From a bacterium (lineage in GTDB: Bacteria; Patescibacteriota; Microgenomatia; Levybacterales; UBA12049), in NCBI GenBank assembly GCA_021791545.1, contig JAJYWL010000001.1:5856-69855 (forward strand): a DNA stretch of 64,000 nucleotides, in the 5' to 3' direction. Below the pieces are notes generated by a model. The model made no database searches. It saw only the letters and a program-made list of their open reading frames with translations, and was not told the origin of the DNA. Numbering within the stretch: the first letter of the stretch is position 1; the number at the start of each line of letters is the position of its first letter. The translations under genes and the position numbers were made by a program. Shown one piece after another: positions 38,378 through 48,337 of the stretch.

Positions 38378-39429
38378 GAATTTTCACCCCCTTTCACATA
38401 TTTGTCAAAAAAAGCCAGTGACCTTTGCATGGCAAGGTCGAAGCCTTGTGAGATATTATGGTCAGACCCGGGATATACATAGAATTCGACATTCTTTCCG
38501 GCATTTTTTAATTTCTCGTAAAGGCTTTGGGAAAAGGCAACGGGAACTTCCTCATCGCTTCCGCCTGCGTCAAGTTGGACAGGAGCAGTTATGTCTGAAA
38601 CAAAGTTTGTGGGATCGATTGAATTCCAAAAGGTTGGATTTGCCGAAGGACTACCATATTTTGTAATTAGAGACTGTCTTCCGCTATTTCTTAGGGCAAG
38701 TTCCCTCGGGCCGGGACGAAATGGTACTTTTCTTTGCCAGTTATTGATCATATCGTTGTATGATCCGACTACTCCACCCCAAATTACTGCAGCTTTGATG
38801 TCTTTGGTATCTACAACTAAATCTCTTAAAGCGATGTTTCCGCCCATTGAATGCCCCCACATTCCTATTCTGTTGGGATCAGCTTGTGGATATTTTTTAA
38901 GAGAAGAAAGAGCATTTAATACGTCTGTTGCATATGCGGGAGAATAATATGCTCCTAGAGGATCCCCCTCAGAATTTCCGTTTCCTCTATAGTCCGATTT
39001 AAAGACTATATATCCGTTTTTTGCAAAATAGTCTACATAGGCGACATATCTTTCGGTTGTTTGGTATTGAGAAGGATCGATGTATCCATGGTTGAAAATG
39101 ATAACAGGCCACCCTGTTTTGGGTTTATCTCCCATGGGAACGGTCAAGAGGCCGTATATCTTAAGTCCGTCCGAAAGATAGGAAGCTATATATTGATGAT
39201 AGTTACTTCCGTCGGGAAGGGTTTGTTCGATGGTAAGATTGCTTCCGGGATAGCTTTTTGTTCTCATTGCTTCTATTGAAAGAGGATTTGTATTAACTGG
39301 AGATATTTTCGCTACCGTTTTACTTACTTCTTCTGCTCCATTTTTATACTTTAAAAAGTAGGAGAAAATCCCCAGTAAAAGGATAAATAAAAGTATTAAA
39401 GTTGATAAAAATATGGATTGTTTATTCAT
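38374..39429 (-). CDS. Exported alpha/beta hydrolase (S9 peptidase-like)
   Basis: FNHG, DYRGNG, GHSMGG nucleophile, DEEVP, SDH. Confidence 0.88.
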   Translation of the reverse strand: MNKQSIFLSTLILLFILLLGIFSYFLKYKNGAEEVSKTVAKISPVNTNPLSIEAMRTKSYPGSNLTIEQTLPDGSNYHQYIASYLSDGLKIYGLLTVPMGDKPKTGWPVIIFNHGYIDPSQYQTTERYVAYVDYFAKNGYIVFKSDYRGNGNSEGDPLGAYYSPAYATDVLNALSSLKKYPQADPNRIGMWGHSMGGNIALRDLVVDTKDIKAAVIWGGVVGSYNDMINNWQRKVPFRPGPRELALRNSGRQSLITKYGSPSANPTFWNSIDPTNFVSDITAPVQLDAGGSDEEVPVAFSQSLYEKLKNAGKNVEFYVYPGSDHNISQGFDLAMQRSLAFFDKYVKGGENS

Positions 39430-40651
39430 ATCTTAGTGCTTCAATAGGTGATAAATCGGCTGCTTTTTTTGCAGGATACCATCCGAAGATGATTCCTATT
39501 GCTCCCGAAACTCCTATTGCCAGAACTACGGCCGAAACAGAAATCGTAAAAGGAAGGCTTATAAAGGAAACGATTATAAATGAAAGGATTATCCCTAACA
39601 TCATTCCCAATATTCCTCCACTTACCGTAAGAATTACAGATTCAATTAAGAATTGTGTAATAACTGTTCCGTCTTTGGCTCCAAGGGCTTTTCGAAGCCC
39701 TATTTCTCTGGTTCTTTCTATTACGGTAACAAGCATAATGTTCATGATTCCTATTCCTCCTACAAGAAGCGAAATGGCGGCAATTCCGGCAAGAAGTGCC
39801 GTAAAAACTCCCGTGATAGATGACGCGGTATTTAATATATCCGATTGGGAAAACATCGAAAAATCGGCTTCCGAAGGATTATTTATTTTATGTCTTGCCA
39901 GTAAAAGATAACCTACTTCGTCTTCCGCGCTTGCTATTGAGTCTGAATTTTTTGCAGAAAGTGAGATAGAGCTTAGATAATCTGCTCCGAAAAGTTCTTT
40001 TTGGGCGACTGTGAGCGGGACATATATCGCATCGTCCTGATTTGAAAGAGAACTTCCTCCTTTTGACGCGGTGAGTCCTACTACTACGAAAGTAAGCTTA
40101 TCTATTCTTACGGTTTGTCCTATCGGGTCATTTGTTCCAAAAAGATCTGATGCAGCGGTAGATCCGATAACTGCCACTCTTCTTAATGCGGAGACATCGT
40201 CTGCTGTCAAAAACTCACCTTCTGCCATACTTACATTATGAATAGAGGCATAGTCGGGAGTAGCTCCGATTATCTGCGTATTTGTATTCTGGCCTACCGT
40301 TGTGACTTGTGCTCTTCTTGTAAGTTCGGGAGATATTTTTGAAACAGAATTCATCTGAGGCAAATTTTGTTCTAAGGCCTTGGCATCTTCATAAGTAAGG
40401 GTAGTTCCCCCACCCACGGCTCCCCTGACCGCTCCTGTCTGCGTTGCTCCGGGAATTACAGTGATAAGGTTAGATCCCAATGATTCTATCTGGTTTTGTA
40501 CGGATTTCTGACTAGCCTGTCCAAGCGAAACAAGAGCTATTACTGCGCCGATACCGATTACGATTCCCAATATAGCAAGAGAGGTTCTGAGCTTATTGAT
40601 AAAAAGAGCTTCAAAAGCCGATTGTACTAATTCTCTAAATTCCATTCGCAC
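39422..40651 (-). CDS. MacB/FtsX-type ABC permease
   Basis: LGIVIG, VGGIGIMNIMLVTVIERTREIGLRKALGA, PIEALRYE; start may be 40645. Confidence 0.93.
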   Translation of the reverse strand: MRMEFRELVQSAFEALFINKLRTSLAILGIVIGIGAVIALVSLGQASQKSVQNQIESLGSNLITVIPGATQTGAVRGAVGGGTTLTYEDAKALEQNLPQMNSVSKISPELTRRAQVTTVGQNTNTQIIGATPDYASIHNVSMAEGEFLTADDVSALRRVAVIGSTAASDLFGTNDPIGQTVRIDKLTFVVVGLTASKGGSSLSNQDDAIYVPLTVAQKELFGADYLSSISLSAKNSDSIASAEDEVGYLLLARHKINNPSEADFSMFSQSDILNTASSITGVFTALLAGIAAISLLVGGIGIMNIMLVTVIERTREIGLRKALGAKDGTVITQFLIESVILTVSGGILGMMLGIILSFIIVSFISLPFTISVSAVVLAIGVSGAIGIIFGWYPAKKAADLSPIEALRYE

Positions 40652-41339
40652 TCTCCTTTTTGTTCTTTTCGTTTTTTACTATCTTGCCGTCTTGTATGTG
40701 AATTATCCTTTCTGCCCATCTTGCAACGCTTGGTTCGTGAGTAATTATTACTATGGTGTGCCCTTCTTTTTGCAGTTTCTGAAAAATCTTCATGATTTCG
40801 TCGCTTTGAGCGGAGGATATGTTTCCCGTGGGTTCGTCGGCGAGTATGATGGAGGGTGTCATTGATAAGGCTCTTGCTATTGCCACTCTTTGCATCTGCC
40901 CTCCCGAGAGTTGGTTAGACGAATGGTTCATTCTATCCGCTAGCCCTACCTGGGTAAGCAGTTGTCTTGCCCTTTCCTCTCTTTTATTTTTATCTATTCC
41001 CGCATAGACCATAGGAAGCATAACGTTTTTCAAAGCTGATGTTCTGGGTAAAAGATTAAATGCTTGGAAAACAAATCCTATTTTTTTATTCCTTATCTCT
41101 GCAAGCTGATCTTTTGATAGGTTTTCTACGTTTTCGCCGTCTAGTATATATGTTCCGGAGGAGGGAATGTCGAGTGCGCCGAGGATATGCATTAAAGTTG
41201 ATTTTCCGCTTCCGGAAGGACCCATTATCGCTATGAATTCGCCTTTTTTAACAGAAAAAGATACATTGTCTAATGCTAAAGTCTGAACATCTCCCGTTTT
41301 GTATATCTTGGAAATGTTTTTAATGGATATCTGTTCCAT
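40635..41339 (-). CDS. ABC transporter ATP-binding protein (MacB/LolD family)
   Basis: GPSGSGKS, LSGGQ, ADEPTGN. Confidence 0.95.
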   Translation of the reverse strand: MEQISIKNISKIYKTGDVQTLALDNVSFSVKKGEFIAIMGPSGSGKSTLMHILGALDIPSSGTYILDGENVENLSKDQLAEIRNKKIGFVFQAFNLLPRTSALKNVMLPMVYAGIDKNKREERARQLLTQVGLADRMNHSSNQLSGGQMQRVAIARALSMTPSIILADEPTGNISSAQSDEIMKIFQKLQKEGHTIVIITHEPSVARWAERIIHIQDGKIVKNEKNKKESANGI

Positions 41340-41341
41340 TT

Positions 41342-42763
41342 TTAGCCTCCTCCACCCACTCTTCGGAAGGTTGCTCCACCGCCCGCTCCTCCTCCAAACC
41401 TAAGTCCTCCTCCAAAAACCGAGGATGAACCCGAGCCTGTTGTTTGAGTACCTGTTATAACGGTCTGTCCTTCGGATAAGCCTGAAGTTATTTCGACTCC
41501 GTTTGTTGTCGAAAGACCTGTTTGCACTTCAACAGTTGATATCTGACCGTTTGGTTGAAGGACTCTTACCGTGGAAACACCGTTTGAGGTTCTCACTGCT
41601 GCCGTTGGGACAATAAGGACATTATCTTTTCTTGCAGTCTGAACAACGACAGTTGCGCTCATTCCTGATTTTATCTCGGGAGAGGGAGAAACGAGTCTAA
41701 AATATGCATTGAAAGTGACTACCCCTGAACTTTGTGTTCCTACCGAGTCTATTCTGTCTAAAGTAGCAACATATGTTTTGTTGGGTAAAGCGTCAAAGGT
41801 TACGGTGGCATTCTGACCCGGTTTAAGATTAGGCATATCGGATTCGTTTGCGGCAACTTCTATTTCATAAGAAGAATTGTTTGCCGTTATGAGAAGGACA
41901 GGATTAGAAGAACTGATGCTGGAAACAGAAGAAGATGTTGTCTGTGAACTCAAACTTGTCCCCGAGCTTGCATTAGAGTTCGAGTTGGAGGAAGTTGAAC
42001 CTCCGCTTATGTTTTGTCCGCTTGTCACTGCAAGATTTGCTACTGTTCCAGACGTAGGAGCTGTAACAGTATAATTTCCGGTTGCAGAAAGAGACAAGGA
42101 TGCCGAATTAAGACTGGCGTTCGCAGCGTTTATAGATGTATCCGCCTGATTGTATTTTGTCTCTAATGCGGAAAAATTTTCTCTCGCGCTTGTAAGAGAG
42201 GAATTAATGCTGTCTATTTCATTTTGAGTGTAGTTTTTCTTTGTTGAAGGATTTGGTTGGCTTGTGCTTAAGTTGGAATTCATCTGGTCTACCGCATCTT
42301 GAGCATTCAGAACAGTCTGTCTTGCCTGTTCGAGTTGTCCTACCAGACTTTCTTTGCTTTGTTGTGCCGATTGGAAGCTGTTTAAAGCATTGAGATACGA
42401 GGCATAGGCTGAAGCTTTTTCTTGAGGGGTTGCGGTGCTTTCAACGGTAAACAGGTTTTGCCCTTGTGAAACAGGATCTCCGTTTCGGACATAGACCTCG
42501 GTTATTATTCCGTCTGTTGGGGAAGAAACACTTACTGTTCCTGTTGAAACATTTCCGCTTTCCGTTATCGAATCGATCAGTGTACCTTTGGTGACGGTAG
42601 CTGTTGTATATGTCGGAGCTTTAGAGGAAGCAAAAAATTGTCTATATCCCAGGAAAAGAAGTATCAGAATTCCCGCAAGGATTAAAATTTTGTTCCTTTT
42701 TCCCGTTTTTTTGTACCAATTAATTCCGTTTTTTATTCTTGTAATTATATTTTGCATCGTCAT
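41342..42763 (-). CDS. MacA-like membrane-fusion adaptor
   Basis: TM, lipoyl half-motifs, long coiled coil, VPTAAV, GLSEGQTV; alternative start 42757. Confidence 0.88.
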   Translation of the reverse strand: MTMQNIITRIKNGINWYKKTGKRNKILILAGILILLFLGYRQFFASSKAPTYTTATVTKGTLIDSITESGNVSTGTVSVSSPTDGIITEVYVRNGDPVSQGQNLFTVESTATPQEKASAYASYLNALNSFQSAQQSKESLVGQLEQARQTVLNAQDAVDQMNSNLSTSQPNPSTKKNYTQNEIDSINSSLTSARENFSALETKYNQADTSINAANASLNSASLSLSATGNYTVTAPTSGTVANLAVTSGQNISGGSTSSNSNSNASSGTSLSSQTTSSSVSSISSSNPVLLITANNSSYEIEVAANESDMPNLKPGQNATVTFDALPNKTYVATLDRIDSVGTQSSGVVTFNAYFRLVSPSPEIKSGMSATVVVQTARKDNVLIVPTAAVRTSNGVSTVRVLQPNGQISTVEVQTGLSTTNGVEITSGLSEGQTVITGTQTTGSGSSSVFGGGLRFGGGAGGGATFRRVGGGG

Positions 42764-42764
42764 C

Positions 42765-42797
42765 AGTCTATTTCTCCTTTCTGAAAAGAAGCTTAGA
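42765..42797 (-). promoter_or_regulatory. Response-regulator direct-repeat box and -10 element
   Basis: TCTAAG-N5-TTTCAG-N10-TAGACT. Confidence 0.6.
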
Positions 42798-42803
42798 ATA
42801 AGT

Positions 42804-43799
42804 TTAAGTTCTTGAGGGCAGATTAATCAGAAAAGTTGTTCCCTTTTCCGGTTCACTTAAAGCTTTAATGTTTCCTCCGTGTTCTTCCGTTATTTTTTTT
42901 GCAATTGAGAGTCCCAATCCAAAACCGCTACTTGTCCTTGATTTTTCTGATCTATAGAACCTGTCGAAAATATGAGGAAGATCTTCCGTTTTTATACCTA
43001 TTCCCTCGTCTTTTACAGATATTTCAATCTTTCCGTCTGTTTTCTTTGCTTTTATATTTATTTTCTTTCCTGAAGAGCTGTATTTTATTGCATTGTCGAG
43101 TAAGATCACGAAGAGCTGAATTAGTTTCTGTTCGTCTCCTTTTGTATAGTATTTATTTGAAGTAAAAATAATCTGTATTCTTTTGTTTTTTGCCAGAGGA
43201 GTCACTTTGTCTATCGCTTTTTGGAGTATGTCTTTAAGGTTAACTGTTGAACTGTTTCCTTCTTTATTATAGTAGGCAAGTAAAAGAAGGTTATTTGTAA
43301 GAGTCTGAAGTTCTTTGACGTCCGTAAGATTTTCTTCCAAGAGCTGTCTTGCTTTCTCCAAGTTTATTTTCTTGTCTCTTAACCCTACCTCCAAAGATGT
43401 AGACATTGCCGTTAAAGGTGTTCTTAATTCATGAGAGGCATCGGAAATGAATCTATTTTGTTCATCTACCATTATGCGGATAGGCTTTAATGCTCTTCCA
43501 GCGAGAAAATATCCGCTTGCCGCTGAAATAACGATTATAAGTCCGTCGATAAGAAGAATTCTTAAAATGAGCCATTCTCTGATTTCCGATAACACATTGG
43601 GGTCTATTCTTCTGTAATCTAGTCCTGCAGGTGGTGGGCCATTGTATTCTCTTTGGATAATAATTCTTTGCTGTCTTTCCAATCCTCTTTCGAATTCAAG
43701 CCTGAAGCCGTTAAAAGCAAGAACGCTAAAAAAGGCAGTTATTATAAACGCTATAAAAACATACCATAAAGTTAATTTTATTCTTGCCGATCTAAACAT
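42804..43799 (-). CDS. Sensor histidine kinase
   Basis: Two TM with a short loop, ASHELRTPL, NAIKY, DEGIG, FDRFYR, GFGLGL. Confidence 0.95.
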   Translation of the reverse strand: MFRSARIKLTLWYVFIAFIITAFFSVLAFNGFRLEFERGLERQQRIIIQREYNGPPPAGLDYRRIDPNVLSEIREWLILRILLIDGLIIVISAASGYFLAGRALKPIRIMVDEQNRFISDASHELRTPLTAMSTSLEVGLRDKKINLEKARQLLEENLTDVKELQTLTNNLLLLAYYNKEGNSSTVNLKDILQKAIDKVTPLAKNKRIQIIFTSNKYYTKGDEQKLIQLFVILLDNAIKYSSSGKKINIKAKKTDGKIEISVKDEGIGIKTEDLPHIFDRFYRSEKSRTSSGFGLGLSIAKKITEEHGGNIKALSEPEKGTTFLINLPSRT

Positions 43800-43801
43800 A
43801 T

Positions 43802-44470
43802 CTATTCTCCCAGTCGATATCCGAATCCTCTTATAGTGTTTATCAATTTCTTTTTAAAGGGCCTATCTATCTTGTTTCTCAAGTATCCGATATATACTTC
43901 TACCGTATTGGGGAGGACGTCCGAATCGTAATCCCATATATGAGAGATTATTTCTTCTTTTGTCACCGTTCTCTTACTGTGTCTTAATAAAAATTCCAAA
44001 AGCGCAAATTCTTTACTTGAGAGGCTTATGTTTTTCCCCTTTCTTCTTACTTCAAAATTTTTAGGATCTAAGGATAAATCTTCCAATTCTAAAACTTGTC
44101 CCGTACTTTCCCTAGGTCTTCTTTGAAGAGCTCTTATTCTTGCCAAAAGTTCCTCGAATGCAAAAGGTTTTACCAGATAATCGTCAGCTCCGGCATCTAA
44201 TCCTTCAACTTTGTCTTCGGTTTGTCCTTTAGCGGTAAGAAGTAGGATTGGAGTGTGGTTATTCTTTTCTCTTAGCAATTTGCATATTTCTATGCCGTCC
44301 ATTCCGGGGAGTAGTCTGTCTAAGATAATGAGGTCGTAAGTCTCTCCCATCGCAAGATCAAGACCTACATTTCCGTCATAAGCTACATCTACCGCATAAG
44401 ATTCCTGTTCGAGACCCTTTTTAAGGGCTGCAGATATTCGATGTTCATCTTCCACGATTAATATTCTCAT
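43802..44470 (-). CDS. OmpR/PhoB-family response regulator
   Basis: IVEDE, LIILD, GADDYLVKPF, TIRGFGY. Confidence 0.96.
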   Translation of the reverse strand: MRILIVEDEHRISAALKKGLEQESYAVDVAYDGNVGLDLAMGETYDLIILDRLLPGMDGIEICKLLREKNNHTPILLLTAKGQTEDKVEGLDAGADDYLVKPFAFEELLARIRALQRRPRESTGQVLELEDLSLDPKNFEVRRKGKNISLSSKEFALLEFLLRHSKRTVTKEEIISHIWDYDSDVLPNTVEVYIGYLRNKIDRPFKKKLINTIRGFGYRLGE

Positions 44471-44481
44471 TTGGCGTTGAT

Positions 44482-44523
44482 ATTATACTCCTTTCCTTAA
44501 AGATTACTGAGAAAATTCTGAGT
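44482..44523 (-). promoter_or_regulatory. Triple direct repeat and -10 element upstream of the regulator
   Basis: ACTCAG-N5-TCTCAG-N5-TTTAAG-N8-TATAAT. Confidence 0.5.
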
Positions 44524-44524
44524 A

Positions 44525-44608
44525 TTAGAAACCGGGAGCGTTTGAAAGGAATATTATCCATCCGGCGGCGGCAAAGATGAGGAAAAGAACTCCAATTATC
44601 TTCTTCAC
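44525..44608 (-). CDS. Small hydrophobic protein (27 aa)
   Basis: GTG start, MKKIIGVLFLIFAAAGWIIFLSNAPGF. Confidence 0.45.
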   Translation of the reverse strand: MKKIIGVLFLIFAAAGWIIFLSNAPGF

Positions 44609-44614
44609 ACCTTA

Positions 44615-44647
44615 AGCTTATTAGTAATTCCTTAGAAAAAGCTTAAA
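44615..44647 (-). promoter_or_regulatory. Response-regulator direct-repeat box and -10 element
   Basis: TTTAAG-N5-TCTAAG-N10-TAAGCT. Confidence 0.6.
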
Positions 44648-44691
44648 CTTTACTTGCATTTACCCTCCAATTGCTATAGAATTCCGATCTT

Positions 44692-45741
44692 ATGCATGAG
44701 CTTTTAAGCCATATAGAGGGAGCCCAAAGATTTAGAGTAAGGAAAATGGAGCCCGCTAGAGCAGAGTTACTTGAAAGAGTAAATGTTGATTACCCATATT
44801 TGGAAAAAGTTTTTTCGAGCATGCCTTTGTCGGAAGCAACTCCTATCCTGAATGGATTAGACAGTACGTTTAGAGGTGAAAACGGAAGATTATTGCAAAG
44901 AGCTTTAGAACTTCCCTTTGATATCGACCCTACACTAAAGGAAGACAGGGCAGATTATTTTGCAAATTATAGCGCAGAAAGCGTGGATGACGATATTGTT
45001 TCACAAGCTTATGCCGAACTTGCCGATAACCCTTATGTACAAAAACTTCTTGCGCCATTTTGGGATATTGCCAAAAAAGAAGACGGTCAGGGAAATCCGA
45101 ATAATGAAATATTGGTAAAGGGATATAAGTTTGCTTTAGCCCTTATTCTGTCGAAGCTCCCCTACTCTTCTATGCCTTTTGATCTTCAGGAAAGAGTCGG
45201 TAATCCCCTCTTTTATAATTATGAAGTTTCGGCAGCAAAAGACCAGTGGTTTTTGTGTGAAGAATCCGAACAGAGAATGTTAAAGGCAGTAAGACCGGAG
45301 CTGGAAGGAGCAGTCTTGGTAAACGATTCGTTACTGGTTAAAGTAATTCCCGGAAAATTAACAGCAGTATGTCTAAAACCCGTAACAACTCCGAGTGGTT
45401 TTCTAGTGCCAGGTGTTTGGTATTCCCCCGATGACGATAAATCGGTGAGAAGAGTAGAAGAAGCTTTTTACAGAGGAGATACAAGCCTGCAATATGAAGG
45501 ATTTATGTCATGGATCGCAATGAGGCCGGTAGAGGGAAGATTTATCGATGCCCATCCTGTATCTACGGATTCATTTATGAAAAATATCCGGAAAGAGGCT
45601 ACATCTCTTCCCCAAAAAGCTCCGGAACTAATATTTCTTGATAAAGAATTAAGTTCTCAATTGGGAACTTTTCAGAATGGTTATTGCACCAGAAAAGAAG
45701 CAAGAAAACAACTTAGAGAGGCAATGAATTTTGATTTTTGA
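44692..45741 (+). CDS. Hypothetical protein
   Basis: 349-aa ORF with its own promoter; no family recognised. Confidence 0.75.
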   Translation: MHELLSHIEGAQRFRVRKMEPARAELLERVNVDYPYLEKVFSSMPLSEATPILNGLDSTFRGENGRLLQRALELPFDIDPTLKEDRADYFANYSAESVDDDIVSQAYAELADNPYVQKLLAPFWDIAKKEDGQGNPNNEILVKGYKFALALILSKLPYSSMPFDLQERVGNPLFYNYEVSAAKDQWFLCEESEQRMLKAVRPELEGAVLVNDSLLVKVIPGKLTAVCLKPVTTPSGFLVPGVWYSPDDDKSVRRVEEAFYRGDTSLQYEGFMSWIAMRPVEGRFIDAHPVSTDSFMKNIRKEATSLPQKAPELIFLDKELSSQLGTFQNGYCTRKEARKQLREAMNFDF

Positions 45742-45784
45742 GGGCATTGAGCTAGGAAAGTCTTTTTGATATACTTCACCTTAC

Positions 45785-45856
45785 GCGGGCGTAGTTCATC
45801 GGTAGAACGTCTCCTTGCCAAGGAGAAGGCAGAGGGTCCGATTCCCTTCGCCCGCT
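45785..45856 (+). tRNA. tRNA-Gly(GCC)
   Basis: GCGGGCG...TCTCC-TTGCCAA-GGAGA...TCCGATT...CGCCCGC-T. Confidence 0.93.
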
Positions 45857-45894
45857 CATATTGAATTCTTACATTCCCCCTCTATAATCTTTAA

Positions 45895-46446
45895 ATGGAA
45901 ATAGCAACGTTGGCAGGAGGCTGTTTTTGGTGTACTGAGGCAATCTTCAAAAGACTTAAAGGCGTAATATCGGTAACTCCAGGCTATAGCGGTGGATCAA
46001 CAGAAAATCCTACATACGAAGAAGTTTCTTCCGGAAGAACGGGACACGCGGAGACTATCCAAATTGAATTTGATTCTACAAAAATTTCTTTTGACAAAAT
46101 ATTGGATGTCTTTTGGCACACACATAACCCTACTACTTTAAATATGCAGGGTTATGATATTGGAACTCAATATCGTTCTATCATCTTTTATCACGATGAA
46201 AAGCAAAGAGAAGTAGCCGAAAAATCTAAAAAAGAACTTGAACAATGGGGTGTTTTTAAAGATAAAATAGTAACTCAAATAGTGCCTTTTAAAAATTTTT
46301 ATTCTGCCGAAGAGTATCATAAAGATTATTTTGAAAAGAACTCGAATGCACCTTACTGTACATTTGTAATTACTCCTAAAATCCAGAAACTATTTGAGAA
46401 ATACGGCGATGAAGTCAGGCAGGAATTTACTTATGAAACTAAATAA
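45895..46446 (+). CDS. msrA: Peptide methionine sulfoxide reductase A
   Basis: GGCFWC, TGHAE, GTQYRS, AEEYH. Confidence 0.97.
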   Translation: MEIATLAGGCFWCTEAIFKRLKGVISVTPGYSGGSTENPTYEEVSSGRTGHAETIQIEFDSTKISFDKILDVFWHTHNPTTLNMQGYDIGTQYRSIIFYHDEKQREVAEKSKKELEQWGVFKDKIVTQIVPFKNFYSAEEYHKDYFEKNSNAPYCTFVITPKIQKLFEKYGDEVRQEFTYETK

Positions 46447-46825
46447 TTTATCGGAAGAAGAAAAAGAAGTAGTCATAAACAAAAAAACAGAAAAGCCATT
46501 TTCCGGAGAATATGACGATTTTTTTAAAAAAGGGATGTTTGTCTGCAGGCAATGCAACAATCCCCTCTATTCCTCGGATGCTAAATTTAGATCAGGATGC
46601 GGTTGGCCAAGCTTTGACGAAGAAATAAAAGGATCTGTAAAAAGAATTCCTGATGAGGACGGATTTAGAACAGAAATTGTTTGTTCAAGATGTGGAGCAC
46701 ATCTAGGACATGTTTTTGAGGGAGAAAAGTTTACAGAGAAAGATACAAGGCATTGTGTCAATTCTCTGTCTATAAAGTTTGTTCCAGAGGAGTCAGCCTT
46801 TTCATCTCGTCAATTAGATTCTTAG
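46433..46825 (+). CDS. msrB: Peptide methionine sulfoxide reductase B
   Basis: TEKPF, CRQC, GCGWPSF, HLGHVF, RHCVNS; ATG 46433. Confidence 0.96.
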   Translation: MKLNNLSEEEKEVVINKKTEKPFSGEYDDFFKKGMFVCRQCNNPLYSSDAKFRSGCGWPSFDEEIKGSVKRIPDEDGFRTEIVCSRCGAHLGHVFEGEKFTEKDTRHCVNSLSIKFVPEESAFSSRQLDS

Positions 46826-46836
46826 CTTCTATTTTA

Positions 46837-48165
46837 TTAAGAAGAAAAGAAAGCAAATGAGTATTCTATTAACTTCTTTGTTTTTCTTGTGGGTATTTTT
46901 ATAACTTCAGGGAGAGGAAGATAAATGTATAAGTAAATGTATTTTCCGAAAAGACTTTGTTCATTTCCCTTGCTTAGTTCCGTGAATTTATATATGAAAA
47001 GCGAAAAGATCAAGGGAACAAGTCCAATAAAAAGAAACCACATCTTGGCGATTACTAAAGGTTTTCCAAATCCTAGAAAGATAAGGAAAAGCAAAGCTCC
47101 CAGACTTCTACCTGCCATCATAGGAAATTCCAGAAAAACAATATATTTATTGAAGTCTTTTTTATGCTCCCTGTTGTTATCCAGTGCATTAAAGAAAGCA
47201 GAGGAAGTACCTATGCTATATAAGGGTCCCGCAATGATCCCGATTATTGAATTAAGGATAAGTCCCGAAACAGAAAAGATAGAAATATATAGTATGTTGG
47301 AAAACAAAGTCATTAAGGAACCGATAAGGATAGATTTCATTCTGTTTCCCTTATTCATCCTTTTGGCAAGAAGCATGCAGAATATGGCATTTATTACAGA
47401 AAAAAGGCTTTGATAAATCCCTATATTAAGCTCTTTGGAGAGAATATTAAAAACAAGATATGAGGTTATGAAACCTTCTGACCCCACCTTAAGTCCTTCT
47501 ATTATGTAAGCGTAAGAAGTATATCTCCAGAGTTTTTTCTTAAGAGGTGAAATAAGTTCCTTCGGTCTTACTTTTGGAACTTTAGACGAAGGAAGAAGAA
47601 AAGAAAAAATTATTCCCACAAAAAGTATTAGTGAAGAAAGAAAAAATAAAAGGTAATAGTTTTCTACGATACCCATACGAGGAATCAAAGTTTGCGAAAT
47701 TATAAAACCTGATATTAAAGGAGTCCCCATTGAAAGAAAATTCGACAAAGAAGAACCAAATCCATAGAAAGTGTCTCTGTTGTCATTACGTGTATTTAGA
47801 TATGTAAGAACATTCATTCCTGCGAAATAAACTCCGGTTGCCAGTCCAAATACGAAACCTAAAGGGAAGACAAAACCTGAAACATTATTTTTGAGGAAGA
47901 TGATCAGAAAATAAGCAAGTATTTGTATAAACATCCCAAGTTGTACGTAATATTTTGCCTTAATTTCTTTTTCTATTAAATTTGATTCTAGGTATCCTGC
48001 CAGGATTGCAGGAAACTGGATAAGGTTAAATAGCACGAGTTGATCAAGAGAGTGGAGCTGTCGTAAAAGATAAATATTTATAAAAACCGAGGCAAGTCCC
48101 TGTCCGAATTGATAAATAAGATTTGTTAAAGTAATAAACTTTGCCGCCCTGGATAAATTTTTCAT
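46837..48165 (-). CDS. MFS transporter
   Basis: About 12 hydrophobic segments in 442 aa. Confidence 0.8.
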   Translation of the reverse strand: MKNLSRAAKFITLTNLIYQFGQGLASVFINIYLLRQLHSLDQLVLFNLIQFPAILAGYLESNLIEKEIKAKYYVQLGMFIQILAYFLIIFLKNNVSGFVFPLGFVFGLATGVYFAGMNVLTYLNTRNDNRDTFYGFGSSLSNFLSMGTPLISGFIISQTLIPRMGIVENYYLLFFLSSLILFVGIIFSFLLPSSKVPKVRPKELISPLKKKLWRYTSYAYIIEGLKVGSEGFITSYLVFNILSKELNIGIYQSLFSVINAIFCMLLAKRMNKGNRMKSILIGSLMTLFSNILYISIFSVSGLILNSIIGIIAGPLYSIGTSSAFFNALDNNREHKKDFNKYIVFLEFPMMAGRSLGALLFLIFLGFGKPLVIAKMWFLFIGLVPLIFSLFIYKFTELSKGNEQSLFGKYIYLYIYLPLPEVIKIPTRKTKKLIEYSFAFFSS

Positions 48166-48337
48166 TAACTCGTGTTATGTTAACAAAAAAATATTTTTTG
48201 AAAAGATTTATAGTAATTTTGCTTTTGGAAACTCTTATCTTTTTATTACTTAAATAATATATTTTAGAAATGTGAAGAAATTACTAGCAAGAGATGTAGA
48301 TGAGGCTGAAGAAGATTTAAGGAGTCATTAAAATTTG

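Noticed and set aside
48271-48330. 19-codon frame MKKLLARDVDEAEEDLRSH
   Set aside because: Too short and without support; it may be a remnant
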